From Marinicella sp. (GTDB lineage: Bacteria > Pseudomonadota > Gammaproteobacteria > Xanthomonadales > Marinicellaceae): a DNA stretch of 64,000 nt. Made by a program: the position numbers and the translations under genes. The stretch spans positions 3,168,001 through 3,232,000 of the forward strand of contig OZ246001.1 in the NCBI GenBank assembly GCA_965230295.1, written 5' to 3'. Of this stretch, positions 17,969-28,481 are shown one piece after another (positions within the stretch are counted from its first letter, which is position 1; each line of letters starts with the position of its first letter). The notes beneath the pieces were generated by a model that worked only from the letters and a program-made list of their open reading frames with translations, was not told the origin of the DNA and did not search any database.

Positions 17969-20584
17969 ATGGATTTTGAAAAAACTTTACCTGTCAGTTA
18001 TTTGTTGTTTACCCGCAAGGGGCGAATTGATCGGCTGACATTCTGGAACTTACAGCTGTTTATCTGGCTTGCTTTTTACGTGTTATTCAATGCGTTTGAT
18101 TCTTGGTTTGGATTTAGTTCGACTTGGCTGTTATACCCACTGTTGTTTTGGTCTTTGTATTGTTGTGGTGCCAAACGCATACATGACATGAATGTATCTG
18201 CCTGGTGGTTGTCTCTGGCGGTGATTCCTGTGGTTGGGCCTTTGGTCTTGTTATTGGCATTGGGGTTTAAAAAGGGCAAATCTTTACGCAATCGATATGG
18301 AAACCAGCCAGGAACAGTGGATGAGTACTTGACGGTCGAAGCGGTTAGCGAAATTGATCATTTGCAGTCAGGTGAAAAGATTATCAATGACGTGACGCAG
18401 TTGAATCCTGTGCTCGTTTCTCAGGTGGTCGTGCCCAAGACTATCGATGAGATCAAAGAGGTACTAACAGGTACAGACCAGCCGGTATCTGTGGGTGGTG
18501 GGCATTTCAGTATGGGTGGTCAAACCGCCAGTGCCGGTACCATTCATTTGGACATGCGACAAATGAATGCCATCTTAGATTTTTCAGAACAAGACAAAAC
18601 CATCAAGGTCGAACCTGGCGTTCGTTGGTGTGACATTCAAAGGCATGTCGATCCCTATGATTTGAGTGTGATGATCATGCAAACCTATGCCAATTTCACT
18701 GTAGGCGGCTCGCTGAGTGTGAATGTACATGGCCGATATGTGGGATTAGGCCCTTTGATTTTATCGGTTAATTCAATAGATGTGATGTTGGCTGATGGCG
18801 CTGTGGTCCATGCCACGCCTGATGAAAACAGTGAAGTGTTTTATGGCATGATCGGTGGCTACAATGCGCTGGGCATTATCGTGGCGGCTGAATTGAAGTT
18901 GGCCGACAACGTTAAGGTCGAACGGACTTCCCAAAGGCTAAACACCGATGAATACCATTCGATGTTCAAGCAAGAGGTCAGGGAAAATAAGCAAGCCATC
19001 TTCCACAATGGTGACATGTATCCACCGAAGTTCGAACGGGTCAATGCAGTGACCTGGTCGGAAACCAAGCGCAAAGCGACCACTGGATCACGATTGATGC
19101 CTCTGCAAGATGCTTATCCTTTAGAGCGGTACTTTTTCTGGTTATTCTCTGAGACTTACAGCGGCCATCGCATCAGAAGATACCTGTTAGATCCTTTGTT
19201 ATACCTCAAGAAAAAGGTTCACTGGCGTAATTACGAGGCTGGGTACGATGTGTTTGAATTGGAGCCAGAAACCAGAAAACACCGCACTTATGTGCTGCAA
19301 GAATATTTTGTGCCGGTTGAAAAGTTCGATGAATTCACACCGTTGATGACTGAGATTTTTACCAGACACCAAGTCAATGTGGTCAATATTTCGATCCGCC
19401 ATGCCGCGCCGGATTCTGGCAGCCTCATGGCTTGGGCCACAGAGGAAGTGTATGCCTTCGTGGTGTACTACAAACAACGCACCCGAGAAAATGCCAAGGG
19501 CAGGGTAGCCGTGTGGACTCGCGAGTTGATCGATGCTGTGCTGGCATGTGGTGGTAGTTACTATTTACCTTATCAACCGCACGCCACACCAGCACAGTTT
19601 CATCAAGCTTATCCAGGTGCGAAGCAGCTGTTTAAGTTAAAACAAGAGATGGATCCGGATTATCGTTTCAGGAATGTGCTTTGGGACACCTATTATCGAT
19701 CAGGCTCAGAGCGAAATGAAGGGTATATGGGACCATCAGAATTCAGGGGCGTATTCAATAAAACAGAATCCAGAGATGCCTTCTATCGATTCTTACAAGT
19801 GGTGTTTCGCTTATACCCGGAGGATCGTTTTCATTTGTTGGTCGATCAAAGGGTTGGACAGTATGAAACTGATGAAGAGATCTATAAAGACATACAAAAA
19901 CAGTTGCCTTCTATTCAACCGTTCTTATCAGATTTAACCTACGGCTTACCGGCTTTGAAAAAGCAGAAGCAAGTGATGGCTGAACAGACCCTGCATCTTT
20001 TAGGTAACAAAACGACCATCAATGGTTACTTGGAAATCGGTTCAACCGGCCGTTATGTCAGTGCTTTGAAGAAGTCGGTTAAAGTGCATGAACCGATTTA
20101 TCTGATGAGTGAAAACACACCTGACTATTCAGTGGGTGAAATCTTCGAGCGAGGCGGCATTAAAAAATTGGGTGAGCACTTACCACTGGATTACCAACCG
20201 CTGGATCCTGATGTGATCAAGCCTGAAAGTCTGGATGTGATCACTTGTTACATTGGATTACACCATTGTCCAGTAGAAGTTTTACCGGACTTTGTGGCAT
20301 CTATTCACCGTGCTTTGCGACCTGGTGGGTTGTTGATCCTGCGAGATCATGATGCAGGAACTGAAGAGATGAAAACCTTTGTGGCTTTGGTTCATACCGT
20401 GTTTAATCTAGGGACCGGTGAAAGTTGGGACTACAACGCCGATGAGTACCGTAATTTCCAAGGACTCGATTATTGGGTGGATTTACTCGAAAGTCATGGA
20501 TTCAAAGACCACAAACACCGTTTTTATCAGCACAAAGACCCATCAGATAATGTGCTGATGGCATTCAGCAAGGAGGCATCATGA
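17969..20584 (+). CDS. DUF805 - FAD-binding oxidoreductase - class I SAM methyltransferase fusion
   Basis: KGRIDR...KRIHDMN...NRYG (DUF805); GGGHFSMGGQ and TVGGSLSVNVHG (FAD_binding_4); LKQEMDPDYRF; LEIGSTG and LRPGGLLILRDHD (MTase). Confidence 0.88.
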   Translation: MDFEKTLPVSYLLFTRKGRIDRLTFWNLQLFIWLAFYVLFNAFDSWFGFSSTWLLYPLLFWSLYCCGAKRIHDMNVSAWWLSLAVIPVVGPLVLLLALGFKKGKSLRNRYGNQPGTVDEYLTVEAVSEIDHLQSGEKIINDVTQLNPVLVSQVVVPKTIDEIKEVLTGTDQPVSVGGGHFSMGGQTASAGTIHLDMRQMNAILDFSEQDKTIKVEPGVRWCDIQRHVDPYDLSVMIMQTYANFTVGGSLSVNVHGRYVGLGPLILSVNSIDVMLADGAVVHATPDENSEVFYGMIGGYNALGIIVAAELKLADNVKVERTSQRLNTDEYHSMFKQEVRENKQAIFHNGDMYPPKFERVNAVTWSETKRKATTGSRLMPLQDAYPLERYFFWLFSETYSGHRIRRYLLDPLLYLKKKVHWRNYEAGYDVFELEPETRKHRTYVLQEYFVPVEKFDEFTPLMTEIFTRHQVNVVNISIRHAAPDSGSLMAWATEEVYAFVVYYKQRTRENAKGRVAVWTRELIDAVLACGGSYYLPYQPHATPAQFHQAYPGAKQLFKLKQEMDPDYRFRNVLWDTYYRSGSERNEGYMGPSEFRGVFNKTESRDAFYRFLQVVFRLYPEDRFHLLVDQRVGQYETDEEIYKDIQKQLPSIQPFLSDLTYGLPALKKQKQVMAEQTLHLLGNKTTINGYLEIGSTGRYVSALKKSVKVHEPIYLMSENTPDYSVGEIFERGGIKKLGEHLPLDYQPLDPDVIKPESLDVITCYIGLHHCPVEVLPDFVASIHRALRPGGLLILRDHDAGTEEMKTFVALVHTVFNLGTGESWDYNADEYRNFQGLDYWVDLLESHGFKDHKHRFYQHKDPSDNVLMAFSKEAS

Positions 20585-21666
20585 ATCGATTAAGACTCTT
20601 AACTTTGGTGGTGATGATTTTGGCAATCGCTACCTGGTACTTGAAACAAGACGACTCATTGACTGTCACTGAAGCGTCTGGTCTGGTGGTGGATGCCAGT
20701 TGGATGGTGCCTTTGGATAACCCACTCACGCCTGAATCTTACCGAAGACCGCCAGATCAAACCTTCTTGACCTATCCAGAGTGGTTTTTGGTTCACAGTC
20801 CAGCTGAAATGGCAGAATCCTTTAGAGCCCAAACTTCTACAGGCTTTCCATACAAAGAACATGTCAGCCAAATCTGGGGTAGCTATACGGTGATCAATGA
20901 TCAGATCAATGAGACATTTCCATACAATGATGAGTATCACATGATGATCAAAGTGATCGGTGTGAGTTCAACCATTGAATACTGGCTGCGACAGGTTTAC
21001 GAAGTGGTCATTGGGCGATTGACAGATACAGAAAAGCCCATCACCGCAGAAGATCAGTTCAATCAACAATACATCCATGACTATGTGACATTCATTCATG
21101 AGAAACCCTGGTATCTGTATGACTTCAATGCACAACTTAAGAAGCTTTGGTCAGATACTCCCTTGTGGGGCGATCACATGTTCAGGAAACTGGAGCGCCG
21201 TTATATCCTGACTTCTGAACTGCTGGTGAAAAGTGCTTATGGCTATTTGATCGGTGTGGGTACCAAAGAATTGTATGGTACAGCAGCATCAACCACTGCA
21301 GTGGTGGTTAATAACTTAAATCAAGCACAACTGTCTGATCACAATGTAGTCGAGAGCTACTCTGACACCAAACACTTGGTCGAACTGCCCAGATACCGCC
21401 CATTCAAACAAGCCGCCATAAATATTGCGAAAGCGGGAGGCGAGTTTGAAGAAATCGCAGGGAACAATTCAGCGATCTTATTAACGGTATTAACGGGTCA
21501 AGAGTGGAATGACGATACCAAAACCAAAGTAATCTTTAACCAACCCTTACCATCTAATCCTGAGCTAAATCGGCTGGCGATAGTCACGCCTGTGCCTTAT
21601 TTGCATGAGTTGTTACTTCGATTAGATGATTCAGGAACGGAGATCGAGCATTTGTATGATTTTTGA
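20581..21666 (+). CDS. Membrane-anchored hypothetical protein coupled to the FAD oxidase
   Basis: ATGA overlap, AGGAGG RBS, N-terminal TM helix, TFLTYPEWFLV motif. Confidence 0.8.
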   Translation: MNRLRLLTLVVMILAIATWYLKQDDSLTVTEASGLVVDASWMVPLDNPLTPESYRRPPDQTFLTYPEWFLVHSPAEMAESFRAQTSTGFPYKEHVSQIWGSYTVINDQINETFPYNDEYHMMIKVIGVSSTIEYWLRQVYEVVIGRLTDTEKPITAEDQFNQQYIHDYVTFIHEKPWYLYDFNAQLKKLWSDTPLWGDHMFRKLERRYILTSELLVKSAYGYLIGVGTKELYGTAASTTAVVVNNLNQAQLSDHNVVESYSDTKHLVELPRYRPFKQAAINIAKAGGEFEEIAGNNSAILLTVLTGQEWNDDTKTKVIFNQPLPSNPELNRLAIVTPVPYLHELLLRLDDSGTEIEHLYDF

Positions 21667-21843
21667 TAATGGGTTTAATTTAGGCCAATAATTTAAAAAG
21701 TTGTGTTCATTGGTGTACCCGTTGATAAATCATCTTCCTTTCGGTATGATCACTTGATTATGTGTGAATCATAAAGGACGACCTATTCAATGACCGAAGA
21801 TAAGAAGAAAAACCATAATACTCAACTTTGTGGAGTATGACCA

Positions 21844-24800
21844 TTGAGTAAGGGTTTTCAGTCAAATTTTGAATTCCTATCTGAATATAGTTCCGTTTTT
21901 AGTGATCTCGGCTATTCAGCCGAAATCAATTTCGTACCTGATCCCAATGTTTCATTAGTTAAACTAAGACAATTGGGAGAACTTTTAGCTTCAGAAATTG
22001 CAGCAAGAATTGGTATAGAACTAAATGATGAAATGCGCCAAGTTGATTTGTTGCGCCAAATAGATTTTAAAATGCGCCTAAATAGCAATATACGTGATGC
22101 ATTTCATAATCTTCGTAAAATTGGTAATAAGGCTGTTCATGATTTTCAATCTAGCACACACAGAGATGCATTAATTGCTTTAAATCTGGCATATATGCTT
22201 TCCGGCTGGTTTTACAGAGAGTTTGGAGGACCAAAAGGTGATAGTTTTAAGCTTGGAAAGTTTGTCAAACCTCAAGATCCTTCTGAAAATGTTAGAGATT
22301 TAGAAGAAAGAATACTTATATTAGAAAATTCAAGAATCAAAGACACTGAAAGGATCAAAAAAGCCAAAGCTCTTGAAGTCATACAAAAAGAGAAGCTTGA
22401 AGCAGAAAGAATAAGAAATGCAAAAATGCAATCCGAAAAAGAAATATTTGAGGAATTGGCATTAGAGGCAGAGCAAAAACTAGAACAAACCATAAAAGAA
22501 TTTGAATCCAATCAAATAGAGAAAGCACAAAGCTTCAATCAAAAAACAGCAGAAGAACAAAAAGAGTTCCTCGAGCTTATCGAAAACTCAACTTTAGACC
22601 TCTCAGAAGCTGACACCAGGATAATCATCGATCAACAATTGATCAATGCTGGGTGGGAAGCTGATACAGAAAACATAAGGTATTCAAAAGGATCAAAACC
22701 AGAAGCCAATCGCAACAAAGCCATCGCCGAATGGCCTACGGCCAGTGGACCGGCTGACTATGTGTTGTTTATGGGTTTAACTCCTGTAGCTGTTATTGAA
22801 GCCAAAAAGAAAATCAGAAATGTCTATGCTGATATAGATCAAGCCAAAAGATATTCCAAAGATTTTTTCACCAAAGACATTTGTGTGATCGAACAAAACT
22901 ATGGAGAGTATAAGATTCCTCTGGCTTACTCAACCAATGGAAGACCTTTCTTAAAGCAACTTGAACAAGAAAGTGGAATTTGGTTTTTGGATACAAGAGA
23001 GCCAACCAATCAGCGTCGAGTGCTACAAGGTTGGTATTCACCTGAAGAAATTAAAGAATACCTAAAACAAGATATACAGGGAGCAGAGAACAAGCTCAAT
23101 GAGATGGATTTCAACTATGACTTTACTCTCAGACCTTATCAGATAAAAGCCATCCAAGCTGTTGAATCATCTATACAACAAGGTGACCCAACCGCATTGG
23201 TCGCTATGGCTACAGGAACTGGAAAAACAAAAACCAGTATCGCACTGGTCTACCGATTGCTTAAATCAGAAAGATTCAGAAGAATACTGTTTTTGGTTGA
23301 TCGATCTGCTCTCGGTGAACAAGCAGCCGACTCGTTCAAAGAAACACGCATGGAAAACCTCAATACATTTGCAGATATATTTGGTTTAAAAGAATTAACA
23401 GATAAAAGCCCCGACACAGACACCAAAGTACAAATCGCTACAGTGCAAGGCATGGTTAAACGAATTTTTTATAATGATGGGGAGCAGATAAAACCAAGTG
23501 TTGGCCAGTACGATTGTATCGTCGTTGATGAATGTCATCGAGGCTATCTACTCGACAGGGAAATGGGCGAAACCGAACTTGAATTTCGAAATCAATCAGA
23601 CTACATCTCAAAGTACCGTTCTGTGATTGAGTACTTTGATGCTTTTAGAATCGGTTTAACAGCGACTCCTGCACTGCACACTTCAGAAATATTTGGCAAT
23701 CCTGTCTTTAACTACACCTATACAGAAGCTGTAGTCGATGGCTTTCTATCTGACCATCTACCGCCAATCAGAATCATCACAAAATTGGCACAAGATGGCA
23801 TAAAATATGAAGTGAATGAAGAAGTCCAAGTCTATGATCCACAAACAAATCAATTAGAGCTATTCAACACTCCTGATGAACTTGATTTTGATGTGTCTCA
23901 ATTTAATCGGAGTGTTATCAATGAAAACTTTAATTTAGCAGTGATCAAACATCTCATTGAAAATGATCTAATTGATCCTTATCAAGAATCAAAAACTTTG
24001 GTGTTTTGTGTGACTGACAAACATGCAGACATGGTAGTAGAACTTTTTCATAGGGTTTGTGATGAATACCACGGAGGAGTGGATGATGGAGCCATTCAAA
24101 AAATAACGGGTAATAGCGACAAGCCCTTAGAAAAAATTCGTTACTTCAAAAATGACAGGTTGCCCAATATCGCAGTTACAGTTGATCTTCTTACCACTGG
24201 AGTCGATGTGCCAAAGATCTGTAACTTAGTTTTCTTAAGAAGGGTTAATTCTCGTATTTTGTTTGAACAAATGCTTGGTAGAGCCACACGTCGTTGTGAT
24301 GAAATAGGAAAAGAAACATTTCGAATTTTTGATGCTGTAGATATCTACGAAAAACTGGAAGAAACCAGCAGCATGAAACCGGTGGCTACAGATCCTAAGA
24401 TAACGTTTACTCAATTAGAAGGAGAGCTGAGCAATCCTGAGCAAAGCGATCACCAGCAATTAGCCAAGGATCAATTTCTAGCCAAACTTCAACGCAAAAA
24501 AAGACACCTGACAGACCAACAAAAACACAAGTTTGAAACTGTTGCTGGACAATCACCCGAGGCCTTTATCGAAGACTTAAAATCAATGGATGTCAAGACC
24601 ATTGCAGAATGGTTCACTCAGCATCCAGGGTTAGGGGAGTTGTTAGATGCTCGTTATGGTGATAAACAGCTCAGGCCAGTGATCATTTCTGATCATGAAG
24701 ATAAAGTAGTGAATGTTGCTCATGGTTATGGAGACGGACAAAAGCCTGAAGATTACCTCAAAGCTTTCGAAAAATTTATCAAAGCCAACTCCAATCGCAT

Positions 24801-25245
24801 GCAAGCCTTACAATTAGTTGTCACCAGACCGTGGGAATTGACTCGAGAAAGTTTGAAAGAATTGGCCGTAGAATTGGATTTAAATGCCTTTCGTGAGCAA
24901 GATTTAAAAACAGCATGGTATGAAGCCACCAACCAAGACATCGCAGCACGCATTATTGGGTTCATTCGACAAGCTGCCATTGGAGAACCGCTAAAACCCT
25001 GGGAAGATCGAGTCAATAAAGCCTTAGAAATTTTGCTTGCCAGTAAAGACTGGAGCACACCCCAGAAAAAATGGTTACAAGCCATAGCCAATCAAACCAT
25101 TGCAACCATAATCGTAGACACCAAGGCTTTGGATCACGGCTATCTCAAAGATCAACTGGGAGGAATACGCCGTGCGAATAAGTTATTTGATAATAAAATT
25201 GAAGACATATTGATTAACTTTAACAAATCATTATGGAAGTCATAA
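21844..25245 (+). CDS. hsdR: Type I restriction enzyme R subunit (EcoKI-like, DUF4145 N-terminus)
   Basis: ADYVLF...IEAKK nuclease, MATGTGKT, VVDECHRG, GLTATP, QMLGRATR. Confidence 0.96.
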   Translation: MSKGFQSNFEFLSEYSSVFSDLGYSAEINFVPDPNVSLVKLRQLGELLASEIAARIGIELNDEMRQVDLLRQIDFKMRLNSNIRDAFHNLRKIGNKAVHDFQSSTHRDALIALNLAYMLSGWFYREFGGPKGDSFKLGKFVKPQDPSENVRDLEERILILENSRIKDTERIKKAKALEVIQKEKLEAERIRNAKMQSEKEIFEELALEAEQKLEQTIKEFESNQIEKAQSFNQKTAEEQKEFLELIENSTLDLSEADTRIIIDQQLINAGWEADTENIRYSKGSKPEANRNKAIAEWPTASGPADYVLFMGLTPVAVIEAKKKIRNVYADIDQAKRYSKDFFTKDICVIEQNYGEYKIPLAYSTNGRPFLKQLEQESGIWFLDTREPTNQRRVLQGWYSPEEIKEYLKQDIQGAENKLNEMDFNYDFTLRPYQIKAIQAVESSIQQGDPTALVAMATGTGKTKTSIALVYRLLKSERFRRILFLVDRSALGEQAADSFKETRMENLNTFADIFGLKELTDKSPDTDTKVQIATVQGMVKRIFYNDGEQIKPSVGQYDCIVVDECHRGYLLDREMGETELEFRNQSDYISKYRSVIEYFDAFRIGLTATPALHTSEIFGNPVFNYTYTEAVVDGFLSDHLPPIRIITKLAQDGIKYEVNEEVQVYDPQTNQLELFNTPDELDFDVSQFNRSVINENFNLAVIKHLIENDLIDPYQESKTLVFCVTDKHADMVVELFHRVCDEYHGGVDDGAIQKITGNSDKPLEKIRYFKNDRLPNIAVTVDLLTTGVDVPKICNLVFLRRVNSRILFEQMLGRATRRCDEIGKETFRIFDAVDIYEKLEETSSMKPVATDPKITFTQLEGELSNPEQSDHQQLAKDQFLAKLQRKKRHLTDQQKHKFETVAGQSPEAFIEDLKSMDVKTIAEWFTQHPGLGELLDARYGDKQLRPVIISDHEDKVVNVAHGYGDGQKPEDYLKAFEKFIKANSNRMQALQLVVTRPWELTRESLKELAVELDLNAFREQDLKTAWYEATNQDIAARIIGFIRQAAIGEPLKPWEDRVNKALEILLASKDWSTPQKKWLQAIANQTIATIIVDTKALDHGYLKDQLGGIRRANKLFDNKIEDILINFNKSLWKS

Positions 25246-25295
25246 TGAGAATAAACATTCATTAACTAAAACAAAACGAAGGAAAAACAAACTCA

Positions 25296-26780
25296 ATGAG
25301 CACAAAAGAACTGGTCGCAAAACTTTGGAACCTCTGTAACCTCCTCAGGGATGATGGAGTCACGTACCATGAATACATCAATGAACTGACCTTTTTAATA
25401 TTTTTAAAAATGGCCAAAGAAACCAGTACCGAAGAGGTTCTTCCTGAAGGTTATCGGTGGAGTGATCTAGTTGGTTATGATGCAGCCAGCCGATTAGAAG
25501 AGTACAAAAAAATGCTTATCCACCTAGGTTCTCATGGTTCTCAAGTCACAAAGTCAATCTATGCTAATGCAAACTCAGTGATCAGAAAACCTTCTACGTT
25601 GACAAAATTGGTCACTGAAATTGATAAACTGGATTGGTACAGTGCCAGAGAAGAAGGCCTTGGCGATATGTATGAAGGCCTCTTGGAAATCAATGCGACT
25701 GAGAAAAAATCCGGTGCCGGTCAGTATTTCACACCACGCGTATTGATTAATATGATGGTCGAATTGATGAAGCCAACATTAGAAGATGTCATCGTTGACC
25801 CAACAGCAGGAACCGGTGGATTTCTCATCAGTGCTCACCACTATTTAGATGAGCACAATGACATCGATTTGCTTGATGAAAAGGCATACGATAAATACCA
25901 GCACAGAACATTTTACGGAATGGAGCTGGTACCCGATGCCCGACGTCTGGCAATGATGAACCTGATGTTACACAAACTGGCTGTTAATGATGAAAACTCT
26001 GGGATCCTCTATGGTGATACGTTATCGAATGAAGGCAAGCAGCTTCCACAGGCCAGCCTAGTTTTAGCCAATCCACCCTTCGGAACCAAGATGGGTGGAG
26101 GTGTGCCAACGCGTGACGATTTGGTGCATTACACCAGTAACAAACAATTGGCCTTTTTACATTTAATCTACCACCGCATGCTCAAACCAGGTGGTAGAGC
26201 AGCCGTGGTCTTACCTGATAACGTTTTGTTTGAAGGTTCTACAGGAAAAACCATTCGCCAAGATCTGATGGATAAATGCAATTTGCACACCATTTTGCGA
26301 CTTCCCACCGGTATCTTTTATGCTGCAGGGGTGAAAACCAATGTGCTATTCTTTCAAAAATCTGCCAACCCCAATCAAGACAAAAACAACACCAAAAATG
26401 TTTGGGTCTACGACTTGCGTAACAATATGCCGCAATTCGGCAAACGCACTGTCCTAACCAAATCTCACTTCGATGAATTTTACCAAGCCGTTGGTAGTGA
26501 TCTCACAAAAGTTGATGACAAAGCCCGTGATCAATTTATCAAAAAGCACAAAGACGATACTGATGGTTGTCGCCTACGTTGTTTTACTCGAGAAGAAATT
26601 GCTCAAAAAGAAGACTCATTGGATCTTGCCTGGATACGAGATGATTCCACCGAATCTGCAGCTGATCTTCCTGAGCCTGATGTGTTAATTAATGAAGCCA
26701 TGGAAGAACTGGCAGGAGCGATGAAATATTTGAGGTTGATTTTGGCAGAGTTGGAAGAAAATGAAGGGGCCAATTTGTGA
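25296..26780 (+). CDS. hsdM: Type I RM N6-adenine methyltransferase M subunit
   Basis: GQYFTPR, DPTAGTGGFL, NPPF; EcoKI-like N-terminus LVAKLW. Confidence 0.97.
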   Translation: MSTKELVAKLWNLCNLLRDDGVTYHEYINELTFLIFLKMAKETSTEEVLPEGYRWSDLVGYDAASRLEEYKKMLIHLGSHGSQVTKSIYANANSVIRKPSTLTKLVTEIDKLDWYSAREEGLGDMYEGLLEINATEKKSGAGQYFTPRVLINMMVELMKPTLEDVIVDPTAGTGGFLISAHHYLDEHNDIDLLDEKAYDKYQHRTFYGMELVPDARRLAMMNLMLHKLAVNDENSGILYGDTLSNEGKQLPQASLVLANPPFGTKMGGGVPTRDDLVHYTSNKQLAFLHLIYHRMLKPGGRAAVVLPDNVLFEGSTGKTIRQDLMDKCNLHTILRLPTGIFYAAGVKTNVLFFQKSANPNQDKNNTKNVWVYDLRNNMPQFGKRTVLTKSHFDEFYQAVGSDLTKVDDKARDQFIKKHKDDTDGCRLRCFTREEIAQKEDSLDLAWIRDDSTESAADLPEPDVLINEAMEELAGAMKYLRLILAELEENEGANL

Positions 26781-28477
26781 GTAAGATTCCAGAAAATTGG
26801 TCATATTTAGCTTTAGACGAAGCTGCTCAATTAATTAGAGGTGTCAGCTATAAAAAAAGTGAATCTAGTATGCAGGATCAAAAAGGTTATTTGCCAATTT
26901 TGAGGGCAAATAACATACAAGATGGAAGATTGATTTTCAATGATTTGATTTTTGTACCCAAAGAAAAAATAAAGGACTCTCAACTAATAAAATTTGGTGA
27001 CGTTATCATTGCTATGTCTAGTGGTAGTAAAAAATTAGTTGGGAAAAGTGGAATTGCTAAATTTGACTACGAAGGAGCTTTTGGAGCATTTTGTGGGCTT
27101 TTAAGGCCAAACAAAAATCTCTGCATGCAATATGTAGGTTGGTTCACAAGAAGCAAAGAATACTCCCTGAAGGTTTCTTCATTATCTAAAGGTGTTAATA
27201 TTAACAATCTTAAGCCATCACATTTTAAAGAAATACAAGTACCATTAGCACCACTAAACGAACAAATCCGCATTGCCAAAAAGCTAGACTCTTTATTGAC
27301 CAAAGTCCAATCCGCCCAAGCCAAACTTGAAAAAATCCCAACCCTCCTTAATCGCTACTGTCAATCGGTATTGGCTGCTGCAACAACAGGTAAATTATCA
27401 AATAACAATAATTCGCTAGAGTTAGATAGCAAAGGATTTCCAAAAAACTGGACATATAAAAGATTTAAAGAGCTTGGTGAGTTATCAAGAGGTAAATCAA
27501 AACATAGACCACGAAATGACCCCAAATTATATGGAGGGGATTACCCATTTATTCAAACAGGAGCTGTTGCTCAATCAGATGGTTGGATTAAAAATCATAA
27601 TAAAACATATAGTGAGTTTGGGTTGAGCCAGAGTAGACTTTTTCCAGAAAATACACTTTGTATTACTATTGCAGCTAATATTGCAAACACAGCAATATTA
27701 ACTTATCCAGTTTGTTTTCCTGACAGTGTAGTTGGTTTTATTGCTGATGAGTCAATTTGTAATGAGATTTATATTAAATATCTTATTGATATATTTAAAG
27801 AAGACTTAGAGTTACTAGCCCCAGCAACAGCACAAAAAAACATTAATTTAGGTATTTTAAATTCATTGGACTTACCAGTCCCTTCTCTTGAGGAACAAAA
27901 AGAAATCGTCCGTCGTGTTGAAAATCTATTTTCACTTGCAGATCATGTAGAAAAACAATACCAAAAAGCCAAAACTCAAGTTGACCGACTCACTCAATCC
28001 ATCTTAGCAAAAGCCTTTCGCGGAGAACTCGTCCCTCAAGACCCTAATGATGAACCTGCTGAAAAGTTATTACAAAGAATTAAAGCAGAAAAAGACAAAC
28101 TAAAAAAAGTAACTAAAAAGACAACAAAGAAAAAAGTTATGAAAGATAAAAAGCAGAGTTTAAAAGAGTTAGATACAAATGTAAGCAAGCCATTTAAATT
28201 AAATGAAGCAATCAGTAGTCTTACAGTCATAGAACACAGCCCATGGCCAAATAATGAGAACTTTAAAAAGTTTAATTCTGTTGCTCATAACTTAATTGGA
28301 CAGGTTTTTACTATAGATCAGTTTAAAAATATGATTGGTTTTTCAGGGGATTTTGATGAATTAAAACGATTGGTTTTTTTCCTACTAAAAGGACATGACA
28401 ACAATAATCCGATTCTAGAGCTAGTTCATTGGTCAAAAGCTCCAGGAGAATACAAGTTTAGGGTTATTGAGAAATAG
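26777..28477 (+). CDS. hsdS: Type I RM specificity subunit with a ~130-aa C-terminal extension
   Basis: Two TRDs with PLNEQIRIA and PSLEEQKEIV spacers; ILAKAFRGELVPQDPNDEPA; GTG start overlaps the hsdM stop. Confidence 0.95.
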   Translation: MSKIPENWSYLALDEAAQLIRGVSYKKSESSMQDQKGYLPILRANNIQDGRLIFNDLIFVPKEKIKDSQLIKFGDVIIAMSSGSKKLVGKSGIAKFDYEGAFGAFCGLLRPNKNLCMQYVGWFTRSKEYSLKVSSLSKGVNINNLKPSHFKEIQVPLAPLNEQIRIAKKLDSLLTKVQSAQAKLEKIPTLLNRYCQSVLAAATTGKLSNNNNSLELDSKGFPKNWTYKRFKELGELSRGKSKHRPRNDPKLYGGDYPFIQTGAVAQSDGWIKNHNKTYSEFGLSQSRLFPENTLCITIAANIANTAILTYPVCFPDSVVGFIADESICNEIYIKYLIDIFKEDLELLAPATAQKNINLGILNSLDLPVPSLEEQKEIVRRVENLFSLADHVEKQYQKAKTQVDRLTQSILAKAFRGELVPQDPNDEPAEKLLQRIKAEKDKLKKVTKKTTKKKVMKDKKQSLKELDTNVSKPFKLNEAISSLTVIEHSPWPNNENFKKFNSVAHNLIGQVFTIDQFKNMIGFSGDFDELKRLVFFLLKGHDNNNPILELVHWSKAPGEYKFRVIEK

Positions 28478-28481
28478 TGTC

